Of a stretch of 63,887 nt of DNA, positions 24,903 through 38,067 are shown one piece after another. A model generated the notes under the pieces. It was given only the letters and a program-made list of their open reading frames with translations. It had not been told where the DNA came from and did not search any database. How positions within the stretch are numbered: the first letter of the stretch is position 1; every line of letters starts with the position of its first letter. Source of the stretch: Welwitschia mirabilis (lineage: Eukaryota). Both the position numbers and the translations under genes were made by a program. The stretch spans positions 12,439,171 through 12,503,057 of the forward strand of contig JBOZIK010000001.1 of assembly GCA_051453625.1 (NCBI GenBank). Reading direction: 5' to 3'.

Positions 24903-27900
24903 TTGTTTGAAACAGTAAAGGTATTTTTGACAAAAGACAATCAAGGAAGATGGAGAAATGAAAAGAAACAATATGTTCAAAACCTTAAAAAATACAAATT
25001 GGATGAAGCAATCAATGATACAATAATACTTGAAATTAACCCGTATGACTTTATGGAAGATACTGAAGCACTTAAAAGAGGTTAAATAGAGTTACAACAT
25101 AAGATAGACCTATTAATACAAACTCGGATAAGAAAGGAAAAAGTATAAGAACTAGAAGGGTTATATTGAGATGAATAAGAAATAGTCGACTCTACTCCTT
25201 TATGTATTGACTATTATACATCTCATGTACCAAACCTATAGATCCCATAATCTTCAAAACTTTTGATAAGATGAGAAATATAAATACTACTAATATCCCC
25301 ACTTTTAAAGGTAGGAAAAAAAATGAAAAACCTATGCTTCATTTGAGTCTTTTTTATTATTTTTACAAGGATAACTACTTAGAAATCAACTCAAATTTCT
25401 TGAGAGATTTCCCTTTTTTCTTAAATGAAGATGCCCAGCTATAGTTTTATAGATTCCGAAACTATATTTTTAAAAATTAGAACTCTATAAGGTAAGATTT
25501 ATAAATAAATATCAACTTGTAATGGTCATTAAAGATTTGAGAGATCAATTTTTAAATGTTAAATAGAAAGAACATAATAAATTTTATGAATTCATGCATA
25601 GATATTGGATTTGACTGGTAAAATGTCTGAATCATAGGATAACTCTTAGAAAATGAATGAAAACCTTGTTAAAGGTCTACAAAATAATTCTTTAAAGAAA
25701 CTAAATATTCTTCATAAGGAAAACATTAGAAATTGTATCATCCAAAAGATTAAAACCAATATAAATAAATTATATAGAGTGAATTAGGGATGGACTCAAA
25801 ATGAAGAAAAATGAAAGAGAAAAATTAATGAAGTTTTAGTAGAGAAAGAAATAGAAACTACACATACAAGCATGTTAAAAGAAACTAATAAAAGAATAGA
25901 AGCTCTAGTAGATGAGATTAATAAATTAAAACAAGAAGAAGAAGTAGAAATCTATGAATATTATAATGAGAAGAATCACCATCCTACAGAATGTCCATAA
26001 ATGGTAGAATTTATGGAATAATTAGACATTAATAAAATTGATTATAACCCTAACAATACTCCTTAGATTAAGAAGAAGTCGTGTCATAACCAAACCAAGA
26101 AATGGAAAGGTAAGAAAGAAACTTCAATATAGAGATTTATGCAATCTAAGAGATATGATTATTTTAGAGATTGGAGAAATATAAAAGAAGAAGCTAGTCA
26201 CAATTAATAACTAGATAAAGGAAAAAAACTTGAAGAATATTCTATACCTACACAACCTCATCCAAGTCCAAGAGAAGCTGGTTGTAAAGCTATTACAACT
26301 AGATCAAGTAGAAGTCATCTTTCACTCTTAGCAGCCAAAAAAAAAAAAAAAAAGGGAAATAAAAGCATGGTTAAAAATAGTTTAACAGAAATAGAAATGG
26401 ATGATTCTTTACCATTTCCAATGAGAAGATAAAAAAACATTTTTTAAAAAAAGGAGAGGAAAGGATGTAGAATACTTTCTCAAAGCTCTAAAAGATACCT
26501 CAACTATCTTACCCTTAGTAAAAATATTAAGAGACATCCCCTTGTACCAAAAGCAAATAAATAAGTTGTGTAGTAAAGAAGGGAGTAAGAAAAAGAAAGA
26601 GAAAACTAATAACAACCAATTAGTAAAGGAATCAACTAAAAGAGTTCAGGTATCTTGGGCCTCTACTCAAGCTTTGCAAAGAAATTAAATTGAGAAGTAT
26701 AGTAACCATGGAATACCAATAGTAGATATAANNNNNNNNNNGTGCCTATAAAATAGAAGCTTTGGTAAATTTAGGGATGAGTATTAATCTCACTTTTCAT
26801 GACATATTTGAACAACTTGGAAGTCCTCTGTATAATAAATTAGTTTATATGATAGATGGCCATGTAGTAAAGCCAAAGGAAATAATGGAGAATACCTCAA
26901 TAAAACTACAAGAATTCAGATACTTGGTGATTTAGTTATTATAAAGACAAAAGAGAATACTCACCTGTCATCATAAGGATATCTTCCATGGCAACAACCA
27001 ATGCAACTACTTATTATAGGAAGGTAGTAATGGAAGTTATTTTAAGAAATCTGGTATAGCAAATAAAAATATCTAATAAGGTAGAAATTAAAAATCCTTT
27101 AATAACAAGGGGGATAGTGTAACATGATCCTCCAAAAAGAATCTCAACAATTATTAGAAGAATAGAAGAGACTACTTATTGATTATTAAACTGGTAGAAA
27201 AAGAAGAGGATCTTAATAAACCTTCTCTTAAAGAAGGTTTGGGATACATTAAAATTTAGAAAAATAGATCTTTAATTATGAAAATTTGACTCATTCTCAA
27301 AAGAGTAAATTATAAAGTATTATGACTAAATGAACTAATGCTTTTACTTGAACTCATAAAGATATTACTGGGGTAGATCCTATAATATGTTAACATAAAA
27401 TTTATTTAGATGCCATAGTAAAGCCTATGAGGTAACTAGAAAGGAGATATAATTCTCATATGCAAAATCTGATTAATAAGGGATTTATTTATTCTATTTA
27501 TGATTCAAAATGAATAATTCCTATGACAGTAGTTCCTAAGAAGAATAATAAATAGAGAGTATGCAGAGACTTTAGGCTACTAAATGTTGCTGCTTATAAG
27601 GATCATTTTTCCTTACCCTTTATGAATTAGGTTTTAGAAAGCATTTCTTGTCATAAATACTATAGTTTTTTAAAGGAGTATAGTGGATATAACCAAATTT
27701 CTATACCTCTTAAATACTAGACAAAAACTACTTTTACTTGAAAATGGGGTACATATGCTTTTAAATGTTTACCTTTTGGATTATGTAATGTACTAATCAC
27801 TTTCCAAAGGCTAGTGAATAGTATTTTCTAAGACATGATAGGAAAGTTAGTTGATGTTTTCATCGATGATTTCTTAACCTTTGGAAATGATTTTGAGGAA

Positions 27901-30017
27901 GGTTTAAAAAGACTAGAAGCTGTACTTACCCAATGTAAAGAAAACAAATTAAAAATGAACTGGTTTAAAAGTCATTTCATGGTGGGTAAAGGTATTATTT
28001 TAGGCCACAGGATGTCAGCAAGAGGAATTAAAATTGATTAGAAAAATACTAATGTCATCGAATAAATTCCTTTATCAATTAAATTGAAATAAATAAGATC
28101 ATTTTTACATCATGTGAGGTATTATAGAAGATTCATTATGAATTTTAGTAAAATTACTAATCCATTAAGTAATGTTTTACTAAAAAAATGCCTTATAAAT
28201 GGACCTAAGAATGCTAAAAAGATTTTTAAATTCTTAAATATAAACCACTTGTAATTCTTATTTTACAAAAATTATATTGGAACAAATCTTTTCACGTTAT
28301 GTCTGATTCTTCATAGTTTGCTAGTGGTGTTGTTTTGGATCAGAAGAATGATAATTGTAAATCCTATGTTATTGTTCACATAAGTAAGAATCTGAATATT
28401 GCATAATCAAACTACAAAGTTGTAGAAAATGAGATGCTAGCCATCTTAGTAGCCTTAGATAACTTTAGGCATAATATCCTAGGGTATAAGGCTAAAATTC
28501 ACATAGATCATAATGCTATATGGTTTTTAATGAACAAGAAGGAAGAAAATTCTTATATCATAAGATGGAAACTTTTGATGCAGGAATTTGATCTCAAGAT
28601 AATAGATAAGAAGGGAAAAAAGAATGTGGTATCTGATCATCTATCTGGAATCCCCTAAAGAGGTAGAACAATTGGATAGCTAAAATAATTTTCTTGATGA
28701 GCATTTAGTATGTGTGCAACAAACTCCTTGGTTTGTAGATATTGCTAATCTCCTAGTAAGTAAGAAGATACCTCCTTGCTTAATCTATTATGAGAAAAAT
28801 AGGTTGTTAAGAGAAGTGAAAGATTATACACGAAATAACAAGATCCTCTTCAGATTTTGTAAGGATGGTTTTATTAGAAGATGTGATGATGAGCTTGATC
28901 AGAAGGAGCTTCTACAAACTTTCCATTCAAAGCAAGAAGGAGATCATTATGGAGGAAAAGGAATAGCTATAAAAATTCTAAATGTAGGATATTATTGGCC
29001 TTCTCTATTTAAGGACTCTTTTAGTTATACTAAAAGATGTAATAAGTGTTAAAGAAAGGAAGTATGATTAAAGATGATTTAAATGTTCCAATAATGGATT
29101 CAAGAATTAGAGTCCTTTGATGTTTTGAAAATAGATTTCATTGATTCCATTAATCCAAAATCCTATAAAAAAGAATACATTCTAGTTTGTGTGAATTATT
29201 TAACTAAATGAGCTAAAGCTAAGGCTATTCCTAATTGTTATACTAAAACCATAGTCAAATTCTTATCTAAGAATATCTTTTACAAGTTTAGTATGCCTAA
29301 GAGTCTTATATCAGATAGAGGGGTCCATTTCACTAGTCAAGCCTTTGAAAAGTTTTCGTCTAAGTATGAAGTCCATCATAAACTCTCCTCTGCTAACTAC
29401 CCTTAATCCAATGGTTAGGATGAGGTCACAAATAGGGAATTAAATTGAATTTTGACTATAATGGGAATAATAAAAGAACTAATTACTAAATCTTTATGGG
29501 CCTATAGGATAATTTGAAAAAACATTATAGGTTTCACACCCTCTGAGTTAGTTTATGATGAAAAAAGAAATGTTGCCTATTAAATTAAGATTAACATCTT
29601 ATAAATTGGCTAAATAATTAGATCATGATTTGGATAAAGATCAAAAGGAATGGATCCAAAACATGAATGAATTAGATGAAGATAGAATAAAAGCCCTAGT
29701 AAGAAAAGAATTAATCTAAAAACAAGTGGCACAACTATAATGTTCAAAAAACTAATTTCAAAATTAGAGATATAGTTCTGTTTTTAAAATATAAATCTAT
29801 ATCGTCTAAATAAAAGTAACTCAAAAATGGATTAGACCATATACTTAAATAAAAATTCTATATAATGGAGAAATGAAAGTGTTTAATAAAGAAAAAAGAC
29901 ACATACCAAGTCAATGGTCATAGAATCAAGACTTATATAGAAGGAATTTCACTTTTAGAAGAAACTGGACAAACTCATAGGGTGGAAAAGATTATAACCA
30001 TATGTCTTCCTCCATAA
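24903..30017 (+). pseudogene. gag-pol: Element B gag-pol
   Basis: Collinear with A. RT VDVFIDDFL, RH MLAILVALDNFRH..RWKLLMQEFD..NVVSDHLS, INT zinc finger PWFVDIAN..H..HYGG..GYYWPSLFKD..C..C. Confidence 0.9.
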
Positions 30018-30242
30018 TCCTATATTCTATGATTAAGAAAAACATTAGAAATAATAATAACAAACAAATAAGAAATAAATAAATAAATAATATGCTATGA
30101 GGTTTAAATTTTAAGAAAGGTAAANNNNNNNNNNNNNNNNNNNNNNNNNNNNNNNNNNNNNNNNNNNNNNNNNNNNNNNNNNNNNNNNNNNNNNNNNNNN
30201 NNNNNNNNNNNNNNNNNNNNNNNNTTTAATAGTAATTCTTAT

Positions 30243-31370
30243 ATGAGCATTTCATATAAGAATAAGATTGAACTCCAAAGCTAAACTATAAAATATGTTT
30301 TTGTATAAGTTAAATTTATTTCCATTTCAAATTTTAAAAAACTTCTTAAAGATGTTAGTTTTACCATACTCAAATAATGAATAATTAAACTTAACTAATG
30401 GGACTAGTTAACATTTCTAGAAAGTATAATAATGAAGAAGTATCATCTTTTTATAGAAAGATGATATTTTTAGAGGAATCACCAATATTATACTCATCAT
30501 TCAATCATGTACCAATTCAAAGTTCATTGGGTAAAATTAGGATGATTCTTTAGGTATCATTAAGTGGAAGATTATTATCAGAAACATGTAAAAATGAGGA
30601 CACCACCTTATGTCTAAAACATTTTCATAGTATCACAAATAAAGACAGATTAGTTAACATTAATAAGGTAAGGGATCCTAAGGGATTTATCATTTCCAAA
30701 ATAGTATCTTCTAACCTAGCTCCAATCATCAACAAGAAAAAGAACATAAGTATATTAGTAGTACACTTAATAGATTCCATTAAAGATCCCTCAAGTGGAA
30801 ATATTATTATTGTATTCAACATCTTTAAATACTTATGTAAATTAGTGTCTACAATCAGAAACACCACCATGATTATAAAGGTTAAACTAGGATTTTCATA
30901 ACTAATTAAAAGGATTATTTTAGATAGAAATGTTCCATAATTCTTTCTAAGAAAAATAAGTAGCATGGAATTCTCAGTCGCATCCTTATTTGGAGCTTCG
31001 ATTCTAATACCCTTTAGTATTTTAGGCATAAAAGAGACATCTTTAACTAGTCAATCAATGATACAAATTCAAATACACAAGATCCTTCTAGGAAATAAGT
31101 CGATACATTTACTTTATATAAAGTGGGGCTATAAAAGAAAGCAGAATCCTTTACAAAGTTACTGAAAGAAGATAAGGTGATTTTTTTATGTGCCACTATA
31201 AATTACTTAACCAGAAAAGACTAGCTATAGAAAGAAAAACTTAGTTTAAAGGAAAAAGTTAAATTTTTAGAACTAGAGAATGAATTTTAAAATATAAAAT
31301 TTATTTTTGGTAGGAAGAATGTGACAAAGCAAAGGAGGAGAAGTAGTTGTTAAAGGAGAGATTAATCTCT
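30243..31370 (+). pseudogene. Accessory ORF3, copy in B
   Basis: DNA homologue of 20326-21470, ending KVKFLELENEF. Confidence 0.6.
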
Positions 31371-31499
31371 CATTTTAAATCCCAAAAGTTAGACAAGTTC
31401 TCTCTACACAATGTTCAAGCTCAAATTAAGTAATTAGAGTGAGAACTTGGAGAGGAGAAATAAAAACTATAGCTTTCCCCTATTAATAACAAATATTTT

Positions 31500-33300
31500 T
31501 TATTGGAAGTTCTAAAAATCATGGTTCATACAAAACATATTATACCAAATATGTTGAAATGCAATAATAATTTATTACTTTTATTCATAACAATTCATCC
31601 CTCCCTTTAAAGAAAGAATATTTATAGAAAATTTATGAAAAGCATATGAAAATTCAAGAGGAAAATAATAAATACAAGCAAAAATGTTTAAAGTCTTTAG
31701 AATGAGTGTAGGTTAAGTAGGAAAAAATTGAAATATAGGAGAGAAATATTGCTTTCCTATAAGAAAATCTAGAATCAACCTTTTCTTATTCCATACCCAC
31801 TAGTTATTCTTTGTTAGAATAGAGTTTACTAAATATTTTGAAATATGAATTGTCTCTAATCTCAGAAAGAGTTCTATAACCTGCTTTATAACAACTAACT
31901 CTAGTGGATACAGGGATTTTTATGCATCAAATTTTAGACGCCATCAAAGAAATATTAGTTCCTTCTAGCTAGTTGGAATTAATTGAAAAGCTAAAAAAGG
32001 AAAATAATAGGCTACTTTATGAAAATAAACTTTTAGAAGTCTAATTAGAAAAGAGAGTAAGATTTGGGGATGAAGAATTAATGGTACCAAGGAGAAAACA
32101 TTTTTATCACTAAAACTTATACGATTATTTTGATTATTATGAAGAAGTTATAAATGAAATCATATAGAACATAGAAAAAGGACGGGAGAAAATTACTAGG
32201 GTATCTAACCAAGCCCTCGAGGAGATAAATACTACCAAGAGTAAAGTAGTTAAAGGACAATATTANNNNNNNNNNNNNNNNNNNNNNNNNNNNNNNNNNN
32301 NNNNNNNNNNNNNNNNNNNNNNNNNNNNNNNNNNNNNNNNNNNNNNNNNNNNNNNNNNNNNNNNNCCCACTAATTATTCTTCATTAGAATAAAATCTAAT
32401 AAATATTTTGAAAAATTAATTGTCTCTAATCTTAGAAAGAGTTTTACAACCTGCTTTACAACAACTACTCTAGTGGATACAGAGATTTTTATGCATGAAA
32501 TTTTAGATTCCATCAAAGAAATATTAGTTTCTTCTAGCTAGTTGAACTTAATTGAAAAGCTCAAAAAAGAAATAGTAGGCTACTTTATGAAAATAAACTT
32601 TTAGAAGTCTAATTATAAAAGAGAATAAGATTTGGGTATGAAGAATTGATGGTATTAAGGAGAATACATTTTTATCATTAAAACTTATATGATGACTTTG
32701 ATGATCATGAATAAGTTATAAATGAAATCATACAGAAGATAGAAAAAGGATGGGATAAAATTACTAGGATATCTAACAAGGCCCTTGAGGAGATAAATAC
32801 TACCAAAAGTAAAGTAGTTAAAGGACAGCATTACAAGGCAATGAGCAAACTCCTATAAGTCTATGAAGGTTATAAAAAAGATATTTCTCTTTTTATAATT
32901 ACTAAGTAGGATCTAAATTCTCTAAAAAAATCAAAGAAATAAGCTTTTGTAGTGCATGAGAATGCTCAAACTTTATAGATATTTTCTTCAAAATGGAAGG
33001 AGGAGAAGAAATTTGAACTATCCTAAATAGAAATTACTCTAGTTTAGAGGAATCTGAAAAGCCTCCTCCTCCTCAGCTTATGAAGTTAAAGAATATTTCA
33101 ACTACTAAAAAGGATAAACAATTAAAAGAGAAGCTAACAAGTGTAGCTCAATCGGATCAAAAAGTTAAATTTAAAAAAATATCCCGTTTGAAAGAGAAAA
33201 TTGAGGCAAAGAAGTAGTTGAAAGAAATGAAAAAGTCATAGGTTGAATTAGAATTAGATACAATTGAAAAGAAGAAAATAAAATATCAAAGAAAATAATT
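31500..33300 (+). pseudogene. Accessory ORF4: K/E-rich coiled-coil ORF just before LTR3
   Basis: KYVEMQ**FITFIHNNSSLPLKKEYL*KIY and LIEKLKKENNRLLYENKLLEV*LEK match element C at 63300-63840. Partly duplicated around the gap at 32266-32365. Confidence 0.6.
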
Positions 33301-33342
33301 TAAATTATTAGAGGATTAATAAATGTCTTAGTATAGGAAAAC

Positions 33343-34407
33343 TAATGACTCAAAAATAGATTTACATTTATGCTATGTTCCTACCAAATTAATGAAGAAT
33401 GTGTTAGAATATTAGCAATATATGATGATATCATTATTATATATTAAGAATTATTATAANNNNNNNNNNNNNNNNNNNNNNNNNNNNNNNNNNNNNNNNN
33501 NNNNNNNNNNNNNNNNNNNNNNNNNNNNNNNNNNNNNNNNNNNNNNNNNNNNNNNNNNNATGAAGAATGTGTTAGAATATTAGCAATATATGATGATATT
33601 ATTATTATATATTAAGAATTATTATAACTAAATTTGTATGTAGGTTAGGTAGATGAAGTCATGCTACAAAAATGGAAAGCAACTGTAACAGCGAGATAGG
33701 TGGCATAAAGGAAGGGATCACAAACTCACTATAACTACACCTATAAATATGTACTATGAAGGAGATAAATGGATATTTTTGGAGTCTTGCAGAAGAACTG
33801 GAAAGCATGTCTAAGGCGAAGATGTCGCATTAAGAGAACTATAAAGTGACTTCCTAAGCTATTGTACATGTTTCAAAAACATAGGAGGTGTCTAATTACT
33901 ATATTTTATTAATAAGTAATACAAGCTTTATTATTATGAAAAGAAACTTTTGTTGTTAAGTGTATAATTTGGAAAAGTTACATGTTGTCTTTTCTTACTC
34001 TTAATATTTATATTAGTTGGAGTTAATACTAAGATAATGTGTTAGTTAAGAATAATTGGTGCACATAATCTAGCTATGTTCTCTTTGTTCTAGTTACTTT
34101 TATTTTTCCATATCTTATAAAGTATTATTTATAAGTAGAGTAACTATCAAAACATCTTTTTTCCAAGAATAGTCATTTTTGACAAAGTATGTATCCTAAT
34201 GAAATAAAAAAGTCTTTATTTGAGTTAAAAGTAAAAGAAACATAATCCCCATGTAAAAATTATTAATTATTAAAGTCTATGTGTAGATGTGGTAATTTAG
34301 TTGTATGTTTTTCTATCATTTTATTAATATAATGATTTCTTTTTAAGGATTTTATTGAAACTAGTTAACTATTTTATAGTATTTTTAGTTAAATTACAAG
34401 CTTGTGA
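33343..34407 (+). repeat. LTR3 (3' LTR, pairs best with LTR1)
   Basis: taatgactcaaaaa...aagcttgtga, followed directly by the Tekay RT. Its 3' end is repeated at 34787-35045 after a gap. Confidence 0.85.
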
Positions 34408-37400
34408 CTATGCTAATATGGAAAAGTACTCTTTTTCAAAGGAATGCATGTAATTTATAGATCATGTAATATCCAAGGAAGGTATATCAATGGATCAAGA
34501 TAAAGTTAGAACAATCATGGAATGGATAACACCTACAAGTGTTACTGAGGTTGAAAGCTTTCTTGGTTTTATTAGGTATTATCATCAATTCATCTTTAAC
34601 TTCTCTAAGATAACTTCTTCATTAAAAAGACTTTTAAATAAAAATAAATACTTCTAATGAAAAGGAAAATGTCAAGAGTTATTTGANNNNNNNNNNNNNN
34701 NNNNNNNNNNNNNNNNNNNNNNNNNNNNNNNNNNNNNNNNNNNNNNNNNNNNNNNNNNNNNNNNNNNNNNNNNNNNNNNNNNNNNNTTAAAACATCTTTT
34801 TTTTAAGAATAGTCATTTTTGACAAAGTATGTATCTCAATGAAATAAAAAAGTCTTTATTTGAGTTAAAAGTAAAAGAAACATAATTCCCATATAAAAAT
34901 TATTAATGGTTAAAGTCTATGTGTAGATATGGTAATTTAGTTGTATGTTTTTCTAGCATTTTATTAATATAATAATTTTTTTAAGCATTTTATTGAAACT
35001 AGTTAACTATTTTATAGTATTTTTAGTTAAATTACGGGCTTGTGATTATGCTAATATGGAAAAGTGCTCTTTTTCAAAGGAATGCATATAATTTATAGAT
35101 CATGTAATATCTAAGGAAGGTATATCAATGGATCAAGATAAAGTTAGAACAATCATGGAATAACCAACACCTACAAATATTACTGAGTTTGGAAGCTTTC
35201 TTGGTTTTATTGGGTATTATCATCGATTCATCTTTAACTTCTCTAAGATAACTTCTTCATTAAGAAGCCTTTTAAAGAAAAATTCTTCTAATGGAAATGA
35301 AAATGTCAAGAGTTATTTTGATCATCTTAAAGAATGCTTAACTGGTGCTCTAGTCTACCATAACCTAAGATGCGTTATAGCAAGGTATATTCCACCTTCT
35401 TGTACATGTGTTTGTCACTCTGTATACATCTTTTCATTAATCTACATAATTCCACATAGATGATAACACACTAGGCAGTGGTGTTGTGCCTTACCCATAT
35501 TTTCATCAAGCACAAGCCCCCACAAAAGCCCACTTATGGTAAAACATGGTCTAATGCTAGATTATTTTAAAACTTTTTCATTTTATATCGACGCACTAAA
35601 AAAGGTCTTAGAGCAGTGATTAAGTAAGATAAAAGAATAATAGCTTATGAATCAAGACAACTTAAAATTCATAAGAAAAATGATTTAATTCATGATCTTA
35701 AATTAGCTATAATAATTTCTACTTTAAAATTGTAAAAGCATTATCTGTGTGGTGTAAAATTTTAAGTTTGAATAGATCATAAGAGTTTAAAATACATGTT
35801 TACTCAATAAAACTTAAACCTTAGATAAAGATGATGGATGAAATTTCTATGTGATTTTGATCTAAGGATGTTATACCATGAAGGTAAGGAAAATAAGATT
35901 TAGATGCTCTTATTAAACAAGGTTATCTCANNNNNNNNNNNNNNNNNNNNNNNNNNNNNNNNNNNNNNNNNNNNNNNNNNNNNNNNNNNNNNNNNNNNNN
36001 NNNNNNNNNNNNNNNNNNNNNNNNNNNNNNNNNNNNNNNNNNNNNNNNNNNNNNNNNNNNNNNNNNNNNNNNNNNNNNNNNNNNNNNNNNNNNNNNNNNN
36101 NNNNNNNNNNNNNNNNNNNNNNNNNNNNNNNNNNNNNNNNNNNNNNNNNNNNNNNNNNNNNNNNNNNNNNNNNNNNNNNNNNNNNNNNNNNNNNNNNNNN
36201 NNNNNNNNNNNNNNNNNNNNNNNNNNNNNNNNNNNNNNNNNNNNNNNNNNNNNNNNNNNNNNNNNNNNNNNNNNNNNNNNNNNNNNNNNNNNNNNNNNNN
36301 NNNNNNNNNNNNNNNNNNNNNNNNNNNNNNNNNNNNNNNNNNNNNNNAACTTAAAGATGTAATGATTCTATCATGGTAATAATTGGTAAAGAAACTAAGT
36401 TAGCACATCTTATTCTAGTAAAATCTAATTATGATGCTAAGGATATAGCTAAAGTATATATTCAAAATATTATTCAGTTGCATGGTGTGCCTTTAATAGT
36501 TATCTATGATAGAGATTTAAAATTTACATCTAAATTTTGGTAAGAATTACAAATGGGTTTAGGAACCAAGTTAAATATGAGTGATAAACTTCATCCTCAA
36601 ATAAATAATAAAGTAAAAAGATTTAATCAAATTTTAGAATATCTTCTTATAGCATGTATTCTAGATAATCCCAAGAGTTGGGAATAGTACCTATCATTAG
36701 TAGAATTTACATGCAGTAATAGTTATTAGAGTTTAATTCAAATAGCTCCATTTGAAGTCCTATATAATATAAAATGTAGAGAACTTACTTCATGGATAAA
36801 ATCTAAAGAAAGATTGATGATAGAACCCAAAATATTATAAGAAATGGAAAATAAAAAGTGAATCATTAAGGACAGACTCAAAGAAGCAACAAATATACAA
36901 AAGATGTATGCTGAGCATCAAAGAAAAGATCTTGAGTTCAAAATAGGTAATCATGTATTTCTTAAAGTATCACTAATGAAATTAGTAATGAGAGAAATTA
37001 AGAGATCAAAACTAGCTCCTTGATTCATTAAATCATTAGAAATATTAGAAAGAGTTGGACTTATTNNNNNNNNNNNNNNNNNNNNNNNNNNNNNNNNNNN
37101 NNNNNNNNNNNNNNNNNNNNNNNNNNNNNNNNNNNNNNNNNNNNNNNNNNNNNNNNNNNNNNNNNATTATTTAGTCGCATGGTGTACCTTTAATAATTAT
37201 TTATGATAGAGATTTAAAATTTACATCTAAATTTTGGTAAGAATTACAAATGGGTTTAGGAACCAAGTTAAATATAAGTGCTACATTTCATCCTCAAATA
37301 AATAATTAGGTAAAAAGATTTAATCAAATTTTAGAATATCTTCTTAGAGCATGTATTCTAGATAATCCCGAGAGTTGGAAATAGTACCTATCATTAGTAG

Positions 37401-37990
37401 AATTTACATGCAGTAATAGTTATTAGAAATCTAAAGAAAGGTTAATGATAGGACCCAAAATATTATAAGAAATGAAAAGTAAAATGTGAATCATTGAGAA
37501 CAGACTCAAAGAAGCAACAAGTGGACAAAAGATGTATGCAGACCATCAAAGAAAAGATCTTCAGTTCAAAATAGGTAATCATGTATTTCTTAAAGTATCA
37601 CTAATGAAATTAGTAATGAGAGGAGTTAAGAGATCAAAACTAGCTCCTTGATTCATTAAATCATTAGAAATATTAGAAAGAGTTGGACTTATTACATACA
37701 AGTTTACTCTACTTTCTTAATTATTACACATGCATGATACTTTTCATGCAAGTATGCTAACAAAGTATGTTGAAAATCCTTCTTATGTGTTAATTGGTCT
37801 CATATTTAGTTGAAACTAGATTATTCAACTATAGAGTAGTTGAAAGTAGTGCCGAACCAATGAACTATTAATTTATGAAATAAGAAGGTCCATCAAGTGA
37901 AGATAGAGTAGAGTAATCATAGTCTTGATGAAGATCCTTAGAAGATAAAGGAAATAATGAAAAATTAATTCCTAAATCTTTTTAAATATT
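34408..37990 (+). pseudogene. pol: Tekay-like pol, 3' part: RT end, RNase H, integrase, chromodomain
   Basis: YANMEK..FIDHVISKEGI. RH IIAYESRQLKIH..HDLKLA..DHKSLKY. INT LHGVP..DRD.KFTSKFW, HPQ. Chromodomain-like NKKVHQVKIE*SNHS..MKN*FLNLF at ~37870-37985. Confidence 0.9.
35358..35548. mobile_element. 191-bp GC-richer insertion in the Tekay RT-RH linker
   Basis: GTCTA direct repeats at 35353-35357 and 35549-35553. Removing the insert and one repeat restores LTGALVL-MLDYFKTFSFYIDA. Confidence 0.7.
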
Positions 37991-38054
37991 ATAATATGTA
38001 ATTAGTTGTTCTTAATCTCTTTTTATATCTTGATCCCCAGGAGTGAATTAGTCT

Positions 38055-38067
38055 AAGTGGGAGAGGA
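38055..38067 (+). promoter_or_regulatory. Polypurine tract of the Tekay-like element
   Basis: aagtgggagagga directly before tgtcata at 38068. Confidence 0.8.

Larger units (their letters stand above)
8932..34407 (+). mobile_element. Athila-like Ty3/Gypsy block: element A with nested copy B, three LTRs
   Basis: LTR copies at 8932, 23947 and 33343, with two gag-pol units. The block interrupts the Tekay RT at the LYA codons, with a decayed TSD ATATG (8927-8931)/CTATG (34408-34412). Confidence 0.85.

Noticed and set aside
26409-26615. Hydrophobic minus-strand ORFs (also 54023-54340, 11354-11596, and + strand 4097-4411)
   Set aside because: They are reverse complements of K/E-rich gag-like sequence, which mimic F/L/S-rich membrane proteins.
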